In this document: positions 39,288-49,680 of the stretch, piece after piece | Numbering within the stretch: the first letter of the stretch is position 1 | Layout of the letters: every line of letters begins with the position of its first letter | Source of the DNA: Chrysomallon squamiferum | Taxonomy: Eukaryota; Animalia; Mollusca | Reading direction: 5' to 3' | Length of the DNA stretch: 64,000 bases | Assembly (NCBI GenBank): GCA_012295275.1 | Contig: CM022672.1 | Coordinates: 11,904,001 to 11,968,000 of the forward strand | Made by a program: the position numbers and the translations under genes | Notes under the pieces: generated by a model | Databases searched by the model: none | What the model saw: only the letters and a program-made list of their open reading frames with translations | Told to the model about the DNA's origin: nothing

Positions 39288-39949
39288 TGTTTTTTTTTGT
39301 GAATTCTTTTTAGGTGTGTGGTTTAAATTTGATCATTTTCGCTTTTCGTTCTTTTAACATGACAAGAGAGAAAGTGAAAATTTTTCTCCTTCATTAAAAG
39401 ACGTGTTACAGACAGTTTTAACAACAAAGCCAGGATAATGTTGAAAACAGCGCCAAAGTGTCACTCTGAAAAATTTCATCAACAATGTTTCCCCCCCCCG
39501 ATTTTTCTTTGCAAAAATGCTTATAAATCTTTCATTTAATAATAAATAAATAAATAAATAAATTCCAAAGACATTCTGGTTCTTTACCCAAAAGCCAAAC
39601 AGTTCTGTGCACCATGGACCATGATTTTGATTGGTAGCTGGTTGAGATTTTTCTTGATGCATCATTGATACGTTTTTTTCCCATTCCAGAAAATACTGTC
39701 GATGGCTTAACTAAGTCTGTAGATATGCTTTGCTTTAATTATTTGAGAAAAAAAGAAAAACAAAAAAGAGGAAATGATTTTCTTCTTTATCACAATTATT
39801 AAACAACAACAACAATAATAATAATATTTCTGACACCTAATAATCATTAATATGCTTCTCTACTTATCTGCCAAGAATCTACAACCTGAAATTGATATAT
39901 GAGACAAGCTGCATTAGACATGCCAAGGTTGTTATTTTTTTGTACATAT

Positions 39950-39978
39950 GTACGTATATATGTTTTTGTGTGTCTGTA

Positions 39979-40014
<36 letters not shown>

Positions 40015-40167
40015 GTTTATGTATGTGTGTTTATTTATTTCAATGTATATGTATGTATGTATATATGTGTGTTAGTGTTTATGTATGTATGCTTGTATAT
40101 GAGTGTATATATGTATGAGTATGTAAGTGTGTATTTGTTGTATGTATATCTGTGAGTACATACACAC

Positions 40168-40202
<35 letters not shown>
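39950..40202. repeat. Imperfect (TG)n/(TATG)n microsatellite
   Basis: Direct reading. Confidence 0.88.
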
Positions 40203-40509
40203 AGAGTTGAGTACATGTGTATGATTACATACATGTCATCATGTGTTTGTACATATCAGATTGCATTACCTCACATTACTGTTTAACTCTGACACCTCAG
40301 TACACTCTGCCGACAATTAATTACAACCTCCATTACACTGCAACCAGGTAGAATTACCACAATCCACAATCCACACAACACACGACCCACTCACATCTAC
40401 CCATCATCCTCTGTTACACACAACATTCACATTCACCGTAACCAGATACACCTGCCACAAGATTTTTTTTTTTAAATTTAATTTTATTTTTTTTTTTTTT
40501 TAAAAACAG

Positions 40510-40730
40510 GTAAGAAGAGATTAACATTTCATCTGTAGTCAAGAAGAACAACGGTCCTGTCGTAATCCTCGGCATGTTAAGTAGACGTGCTGTGACACTG
40601 ACTTAGCAGTCTGCTGTTAACATGTCCCCCCAGCCGAGAGTCCCACTGGGCTCATTATCCCACCTGACAAGGTGGGAGTGACAGGCCCCTCCTCCTCATC
40701 CTCCCCCCTGCTTGATGTTATGTCACGAAG
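40510..40730 (+). other. Candidate cryptic non-coding (recursive-splicing or poison) exon
   Basis: T-tract 40463-40501, CAG|GTAAGA at 40509/40510, a second acceptor TTTCATCTGTAG ending at 40538, and donor AAG|GTGAGA at 40730/40731. Stops occur in all three frames. There is no transcript evidence. Confidence 0.3.
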
Positions 40731-40800
40731 GTGAGACTGAGTTACCTAGTTTCAGGTCCTCCCCCCCCGAGTTGTACGGGGGAGGAGGAGTGGAGGGGGG
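40553..40800 (+). other. GC-rich, highly self-complementary island (candidate structured RNA element)
   Basis: Four nested or adjacent stems at 40556-40685, plus C-run/G-run complementarity at 40686-40800 (detailed in findings). Confidence 0.5.
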
Positions 40801-41400
40801 ATATGAAGAAGAGATGGTGGGTGGGTTTCTTGTTGGGTCTGATTGTGTGATGTTTTAATGCGACTGGTGTGTAAGTTTTGGGGAAAAATAATATTTGAAA
40901 ATGTTATTAATGGATTTTAGTCCAAAAATAGATATTAAAATAGTGTTATTAATGTAGTTTATCTTGGAACGGTAAATAGGAAAATTATTTATTAATAGAT
41001 TTAAACAATAGTTTTATATGTGTTGTTGTTTGACACTTAAATGCAGTTTAAAATGTTTATACATTTATATTTATGAAAAAACGGAAGGAAAATTGTGCAA
41101 TATAAATTTGTGACATATCAATGATAAAGGTATTAATTATTAAAAAAAAGTACATCATAAATTTTTCAACACTAAATCTTCAAAAATATAAAATAAAATA
41201 AAATAAAATAAAATAAAATAAAATGAAATAAATCAAAAAATATCAAAATAAAAACAAGTCAAAGCCTTCAGATACTGCTGCTGTTGAAAACTGCTTAGTC
41301 AAAAATTTAAAATAATTCAATAAAATGTATCTTTCAAATTTTGTGACACATTTAATTATTAAAAAGAGGTAACTGTTAATAAACAACAACAACAAAATAA

Positions 41401-41442
<42 letters not shown>

Positions 41443-42430
41443 TAATAATAATAACAATAATAATAACAATAATAAACAATATTAAAACAAGAAACATCTC
41501 ATGCATATGCTGCTTAGTTTCAAGATTAGTGAAAAAGTAAGATATACTGCAGCAATCATCACTTGAAGAGATGAATAATACAGACATATATGACAGGTCT
41601 GGATGTCGGTTACCTCAATGTATATAACACCCTTGTATGACACTGATGTATCATATACGTCATAACAGTACACGTGTATTACACAGGACAAAGTAACTTG
41701 GCAGCCGCTAAGTGTGCCTGCCTGAGAGACAAGACAGATACATTGTGTGTGATGTATCTCCACCTCCACTGATCTGTGAAATAGTCAAACCAAAAACAAC
41801 ATAAATAATTCTGACTATAAAATTTTTTAAAAAGGAACAAGAGAGAAGAAAAATAAAAGAAGATTAGCAGGTGAAAGAAAGACAGGAATAATAGAAAAAA
41901 GATTGGATTGTTTCAGAAAAAAAAGCTGGAAAAACAAAGGAAAAAGTATAGATTAACAGGGATAAAAATTTAGGAAAAAAAAAGACACAAAAAAAGTGGA
42001 AAAGGAAAAAAAAAAAGGGGAAAAAAGATGGGATTAGTAGATGAAAAAAATAGCAGTATAAATGTTGATCTGTTGTAAATTTCTTGCTCATTGTTGGATC
42101 TACATTTACCTGTCTGTTGGTGAACAACAGATTAGATTTTATTGGACAGACACAAACAGCCATACCCTAACAAAAAATAAATAAAAGTATACCTTTAAGA
42201 GAAGATGAAAATAAACCAACACGATAACTCAGTTATTTATTTCAAATTGACTTTATATCTGATGAATATTCATGGTTAACTTGGTTCTGAATGAAAAAGA
42301 AAAATAACAAATAAAAATTTAAAAATTTTTAAAATAATTACTGCCCATTAATTTAATTTGGAATTGGTTTTAATGGATATACCTAATTATTTGAATTTTT
42401 TTTTTTTTTTTTTTTTAGATTTTTACTTAA

Positions 42431-42464
<34 letters not shown>

Positions 42465-42504
42465 TTCAGTTTAAACTTTATACTGTATATTTTATTACTT
42501 TATA

Positions 42505-42540
<36 letters not shown>

Positions 42541-42545
<5 letters not shown>

Positions 42546-42640
42546 AAGGAAAACCAGTATTTATGCCCACCTCTGTATGACAACCACCTGTCTAAGATGG
42601 ACATCTTGATGATTCTCTCAGAAGACATTTTAACACTGTG
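42541..42640 (+). mobile_element. Possible decayed end of a Tc1/pogo-type MITE
   Basis: After a (TA)n tract, GGAAAACCAGTATTTATGCCCACCTCTGTATGACAACCACCTGTCTAAGATGGAC shows the subterminal CCACC direct repeats I recall from invertebrate TA-target MITEs. No partner TIR was found. Confidence 0.35.
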
Positions 42641-43109
42641 TAAACCATTTCTTTAAAGACCCTGGATTTTATTTATTTCTTCTACTTCTTCTTCTTCATC
42701 TTCTTTTTTTTTTTTCCCCATCTTTTAAATATCATACATATTCATGTTTTCAAACACAGACACACACACATTAAGCTGGCAATATGTGATCCCATACAAA
42801 AAGGAGGATGACATGTATTAACAACTAACACAAGTTTATACTAATTTTAGTATCTGTGAATCCCGCAGTAAAAGGAAATGGTGCCCACGGGATGAACCCT
42901 GTTGCCAATAGCGATGTAACATGTGGACATAATATTCCGATTGTCTGGTGATGTGAAACCAGGAAGACAGGACATAAACATTTTACGTTCTGGTGATGTA
43001 TGGTTGAATTGCTTCTGTAAGTAAGTTTGTGTGGACATTAGCAAACAGCAAGAATAAAACTGGTAATAATAATTAGACTGATGTCTGTGTTTGTGGTGTG
43101 TGTTTTTTT

Positions 43110-44160
43110 TTTAATTATTTATTGAATAATAATAATTTTAGAAAAAGAAATTTGAAAATAAAATAATTGTTCGAAAAAGTGATAAGAAATAATATAAAAG
43201 AACAAAATCAAATATAAAGTATGTAGTAAAAATAAAAATGGTAATGATTAGCCTGTTATGTACTGTTTGTTATGTAATAATAATTTTAGAAAATGAAATT
43301 TGAAATTATTTAATTATTTTAAAAAATAATATAAAAGATAAATATTGAAAATAGAAAGAAACTGAAGAATAAAAATGAAGACTATAAAAATGATTTAAAA
43401 AAAAACAATAATGTGAGAAAAATATTAACTAAAATTAAAATAATAAAAATGAAATAAAATTAAAATGAGAAGAAAATAAAGTTTAAAATAAAAGTAATAA
43501 TAAATAAAAAATATCTGAAAAAAATTAAAATAAATAAAAACCTTTTCTTATTTTTTTTTTAAAGTAAAATGGGAACTCACTAAATCTCAAAATAAAAATA
43601 AAACAAGAATAAAAACAAAATTAAATTTAAAAATATACTAATAAAAATAAAACAAATAAAGAAAGAAAACAAATTTAAATTAAATTTAAATCTAAGGAAA
43701 CAAATAAAGTAAAAATAAATAAAAACTTAAATATATAAATAAAAAATTAATTAAACATTAAAAAAAAAAAAAACCTCATAAAAATAAATCAAATCTAATA
43801 AAAACAAAAACATCAAAATAAAAATAACCAAAAATTAAAATCAATAAACAAAATTAAAATCTAAAATAAGGGAACTTTATTAAAGTGAATGCAAGATAAT
43901 AAAAATGATATAAAATGCAGAAAGAAAATTTAAATTAAAAATGACAATAAAATAAATCTGAAACTAAAAAAAAAAAAATAATAATAATAATAATTTAAAA
44001 AAAAAATAAATAAAAAATAAAAATAAATTAAAAACATTGAAATAAATATAAAATTTAAAAAAAAAAAAAACATTTTAAATATTGGACACCACCTTTTTGT
44101 CTCATAAAGGTAGATCATATTAAAAATATTTAAAAAAAAAAGAAAAAAAAAGAAAACACA
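43110..44160. repeat. Extreme A-rich low-complexity tract (~1 kb)
   Basis: Almost entirely A/T with a strong A excess on the + strand (AAAAT/AAAT degenerate units). Confidence 0.85.
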
Positions 44161-45504
44161 AACTGATCAGCTCACTGTTTCACCCACACTGAATTCTCAT
44201 CACCAAGATGGCTGACCATCTGGAAAAACTGAACAAACAAGAACAACAGATAATAAAAAAAAAAAAAAATAAATTATGCTGTAACAAAATAAACACATAA
44301 TAAATATGTCAACAGAATATTTTAAATTCTCAACTTTTTATCATATAGGGCATTTTTTTTTTTTTTTTTTTCCTTCTTCTTCCAGACTGGATTATACATC
44401 TGTTTTTTTGCTATTCCTGATGCTAAAAGATTTGGACACAATAACACAAAGAATAGAGCTTAGCAGTAAAGCTAATTATCTTCAGCCAAAGAGATGGTTT
44501 TGTTTCAAAGAAAGATAGTGCACGCACAAAAATACTGCAACACCCACAGACAGCCTGCATTATCAGACTTTATCAAAAAATAAATAATTTCTTTTCAAAG
44601 TAGAACCAAAAAAAAAGAAAGAAAGAAATAGAAATCACAAATTCTGCATCACTTGTAACATAAATTAAACAAACATTTTCGAGACAAAAACCAAACAATC
44701 TGCAATTGTTGGCAACAGAAAAAATAAATAAGTAAATTTCTAAAATTGAAACAGAATTATTGCGTGTGGTTTTTTTTACAGCTGTTCTTGTTGTTGTTGT
44801 TATTTTTTTTTTGCTTCATGTTTGTCAGCTTAATGATGTGAGAAAAAAAAAATCTATCTTGAAATATATGTTTTTGATTATAATTTATGTTATGAGAAAA
44901 TATGTACAAGAAAAAAAATGTAAAATGAACATTATTTCAGTTGTTGTTCTGTTGTATGTTTTTCATATCAGAATTAATCTGAATGGTATAGACACTAATA
45001 ACATGTGTGTTTGTATGTGTATTAATGCAAGATAGAAAGACAGACAGAAGCAGAGACAGACACACAAGATTTTACAAGACTCGGCCATTTGTCTATGCCT
45101 GCATTATATCTAACAGTACAGAGAGGCAGACGCAAAGTCTTCACATTTAGCAGTGTCACTTCTGAGTGTGACAACCCTCAATCAAACACAGCCATAAACC
45201 AGACTTTTCTTTTCTTAAAACATTTTTTTTTTTTTAAAAAGGTCTGTATGCCCTGTTCATTATTTAAATTTCTGCATGTACTAACACATGTATTTCAAGT
45301 ACATAAACAAAGAAAAAATGTTTTGTGATTATATATATTCAGTATGGATTAACAATGGATAACAATTTAATTTACTAAACTACTGTGAACCATAAATACA
45401 GGTTATTAATTTACCTGTAGTCATGAATATATTTAAATGAAAATTATTTTTTTTTTTTTTTAAAACGATGGATAATTTCAACTTGTGAAACTGCAGTAAA
45501 AACT

Positions 45505-45535
<31 letters not shown>

Positions 45536-46389
45536 TTACATACATGCACACATGCATTGCATATATATTAACTAATATACATAATAAAGTTTAAAACTGT
45601 GGATAATTTCACTGTCATGTTAAATTACATATACTATCTCAATGTTAATATACATCAGCATATATAATAATGTTTATACCAGTGGGTAATTTGTTCATTT
45701 GAAATTTATATAAAGACATACATAAACTATATCTATAGTATTTTAAAACCATGGATAGTTTTATCGTGTGAAATTCATATAAAAACATACACACATACAG
45801 ATGTGCATACATACACACATACACACATGTATGTACACACACAACAGACATACATATAAAATGTTTAAAAGCATGGCTAACTTCATCGAGTAAACCTGCA
45901 ACACAAGTTTACCTACACTGTTAAGAATAAACATGAGCTGTATTTCAGTTTATCTAAAAATCAATAAGTCAGTGCTAAATCAAGCTGAATTCAGACTGTC
46001 TGGAAAACAAAATAAAAAATAAATAAAAATCCTCTCTCACTAAATCTCTTTGTCACAATTAATAATCATCTTTATCTTAAAGTGCAGAAAGCTTATTATC
46101 TTTAGAGAGTTAGAAAAACATACTCAGTTTCAAGAGATATATATTTTTTGTTGTTTTATTTATTTATTTTTAATTTTATTTTTCTTCCAGTTCATTATGA
46201 TTATTATTATTTTTTATTATTATTGTTTTTATCATAAAAAACTTCCATTTGATACATTAACTTCTATCTCAAACTAATTCTTCTTTTAATGAAAGAAAAA
46301 AGTTGTATTTGATAATGTGCTCTCCACATTTCAAATCAATAGTAATATTCCCAAATAAAAACAAACAAGGAGAATAGTATAATTCCAAG

Positions 46390-46490
46390 GCTACTGCATG
46401 TGGGTTATCCATTTCAAATTAGCAGAAAGCGATATTTATTGGCACCTTCCTACTGAATGAAAAGCAGAAACCATGGGCATTGAAAAATAG
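46390..46490 (-). mobile_element. SINE core fragment (Nin-like)
   Basis: TGGGTTATCCATTTCAAATTAGCAGAAAGCGATATTTATTGGCACCTTCCTACTGAATGAAAAGCAGAAACCATGG is the reverse complement of the core seen at 19.8 kb. Confidence 0.6.
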
Positions 46491-47086
46491 GTTTCTCTGA
46501 ATCAGAGACAATTTTGTGTGATGGAAATATAAAACTATAAAATCATTGCCAATTTACAATGACAGTCTGTGAAAGAAAAAAAAACCCCACAAAATCCCCC
46601 ATACGTCATGCCTGATACAAATTAAATGATTTAAATTTCTGAATAGAACCAGATAATATTTAGATACATCACATAGGTAGTGACAGCAGTAGCTGAAAAC
46701 AATTAGCCCTGTTGAATATACTAAACAATCTGCATACTGATGTTGCCTCTCACCAGGATGCATAAGCTTCCATCGGCCATTTTGCTACATTTACAAGTCA
46801 AAAGTATTCACTAAATTTGAAATAAATTGAATTCTGCAGCCACAGACTGTTGTTAATCATGTAATATACTTTGTGATATAGAGAGCTTTGCTATATTAAA
46901 CTGGACATACATGAAAATGCATAAGTCTGTTATCTGCATAATTTTAACATCTAATGTAATAGTTGAATGTTTGTTGTGCAACCATTAATTGAATAGGTGG
47001 CCATTATAAACACATATAAATGTAAACTGAATTTCAGTGAAGATTGCATTAAACTGTTGAATGATTTTGTGTGTGATGTGTGTATG

Positions 47087-47088
<2 letters not shown>

Positions 47089-47169
<81 letters not shown>

Positions 47170-47173
47170 TTTT
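47089..47173. repeat. Compound (CT)n(AT)n(T)n microsatellite
   Basis: Direct reading. Confidence 0.95.
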
Positions 47174-47724
47174 TCCATTGCTTGAAAAAAAACCTTCAAA
47201 GAATTTATATTTAAAAAGAGACTGAATTTTTCATCTATTAATAGAGATGCATTAAAAGCATTCTTTGTCTTTTACTACTGCATTTCCTCAAATATTAAAA
47301 TCCTGTATTGAACCATTTATTATTTAATTATCTGGTCAATTAAATTTTGTTTTAAAAAAAAACACAAAAAAACTTACATTCTTATACAGACATAAGCACA
47401 ATTAAGCTCTTTTTGGAAAATTAACTATTTATTAATAAAGAGCATACATAAAGGTCAACATACATCAGCAGATAAAATAGCTTAGATGCAAAACAAACTG
47501 GAATTCATAAACTTTTGAAATTAACAGATGAAATTTCAGAACTGTTAAATGTCAGCACACCTGAAGATCTGTCAAATTATAAGACTATCTTTTTTAAATG
47601 TCAGCCTAAACTTACTGTAATTTTAACCTCCTCGCTATCAAATCTGTTAACAACTGAATAGTGAACTACGGTAAAAGTAGATGACACTGCAGCACTGAAC
47701 CAATCTGATGAAAATACAAAATGT

Positions 47725-47934
47725 TACACTGTGGATTCTGTTTCAGAACTCTTGAAAATTCAGAAATACTTTTTTAATTAATTAGTAAACTATTAAATAT
47801 AGTTACTAATATATTATTTTTAACTGTTTATTTTATCATTTATATTTTAAACCTGAATTCAGAAATCAGACAAATTCAGAAATCAGGACCACATCTGGTT
47901 CCAAGTTTACTGGATAAAATGTTCATTATCCATA
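47725..47934 (+). mobile_element. Pogo/Tigger-like MITE relic
   Basis: AAATCAGACAAATTCAGAAATCAGGACCACATCTGGTTCCAAGTTTACTGGATAA (47863-47917) resembles the recalled Tigger4/MER46-type terminus AAATCCGAAAAAATCCGAAATCCGAAACACTTCTGGTCCCAAGCATTTCGGATAA. The left boundary is uncertain. Confidence 0.4.
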
Positions 47935-48894
47935 TACAGAGCTCACATTACAATGAATGGTCAAACAGACATTACTGGTACAAGGCAAGTCAAAACCATT
48001 ACTTCTGTACTGATGACTAAAGGTACTCAACACATTAAATGACACTGCTGTAATTATATCATGTTATAAAATCTATGTCTTTTTCAAATGTCAAACTGAA
48101 CTGAATTCAATTTTAGTTTTTATACATATCTTGGGTTACAGAGTCTTTAGACAACATTCATTAAAATGTTTTATTTTAGTCAAAAAATGACAGACATAAA
48201 ATTAATGAAAATCAAAGCTCTTAATGAAAGATGTATAATGATTTTTCAAGCAGAAAAACCCCCAAAAACTAAATAAAAAAAAAAAATGTTCAAAAATTTG
48301 ATTTTAAATTTCTTCAGAAGAACAAACAACAGAGGCTTGATTTTATCTATTTGTTTTCTTTAGGTCTATAAATTTGATTTTATATATTTTTTTAAATATA
48401 TTTAGTGTCTGTGTTTTTTTTTTTTTTTTTTTTTTTTTAGATGGCACCTTTAATCTGTGTCTAGACATCCACTTCAAAAACTGAAACGGTGTCACGACAT
48501 TCTTGAATGACAATTTTGCAGAAATACTTTTGACAACTAACACTTCTTTGAAACCCATTTTTACCAAGCATCAAAATGCCAAGGTCAAATTAACTTGAAT
48601 AAATGTTGTGTTTTTCTCACTTGCATTATCAGTCATCAGATGGCACCTAAAAATAAAATGTGACTAAAAACTTCTTCAAAAAAAGTGGTGAATTCACTGT
48701 TTTAAAACTTGCTGAATTATTATGCATTTCAGAAACGTTTTTCCATTCTGAACAGTTTAATTATATTCAATTTGAATAAATGTTGTTTTGTTCCCCCACT
48801 TGCATTCTTATCTTTTATTAAAAAATAAAATGTACAGTAAAATTTCAAAAATAAAAATAATAATGTATATTGTTTTAAAGATTAAATAAATTAT

Positions 48895-49680
48895 GTAACC
48901 CTCTGAACCACTTTACTGAACATGTTATTATATTCATTAGCAAATAAAACTAACAATCTAACCACTGAACCACCATTCAACTCATGTTATTATATTCATT
49001 TTAAAACAACAACAATATTTGAACCATATAAATATATTCATTACAAGATAAAATTAACAATCTAACCCTTGAACCACTCTCAACATGTTATTATATTCAT
49101 TACAAGATAAAACTAACAATCTAACCACTGAACCACCCTCAACATGTTATTATATTCATTACAAGATAACACTAACAATCTAACCAATGAACCACTCTCA
49201 ACATGTTATTATATTAATAACAATCTAACCAATGAACCACCCTGAACATGTTATTATATTCACTCTGAACATATTATATTCATTACAACACTAACAAGCT
49301 AACCACTCTGAAAATATTATATTCATTACAACACTAACAAGCTAACCACCCTGAACATATTATATTCATTACAACACTAACAAGCTAACCACCCTGAACA
49401 TATTATATTCATTACAACACTAACAAGCTAACCACCCTGAACATATTATATTCATTACAACACTAACAAGCTAACCACCCTGAACATATTATATTCATTA
49501 CAACACTAACAAGCTAACCACCCTGAACATATTACATTCATTACAACACTAACAAGCTAACCACCCTGAACATGTTATATTCATTACAACACTAACAAGC
49601 TAACCACCCTGAACATGTTATATTCATTACAACACTAACAAGCTAACCACCCTGAACATGTTATTATATTCATTACAAGA
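48895..49680. repeat. Minisatellite with two sub-arrays (59 bp then 43 bp units)
   Basis: 59-bp spacing (e.g. 49113 to 49172). The 43-bp unit CTAACAAGCTAACCACCCTGAACATATTATATTCATTACAACA occurs ~9 times from 49291 to ~49677. Confidence 0.97.

Noticed and set aside
25205-40604. 12-mer TGACACTGACTT shared between the two hairpin-bearing islands
   Set aside because: Many exact 12-mer pairs are expected by chance within 64 kb.
40548-40800. U11 snRNA-like CTGTCGT start and twister-like AGTGGAGGGG end
   Set aside because: Only short matches, with no Sm site and no twister UAA or pseudoknot partners.
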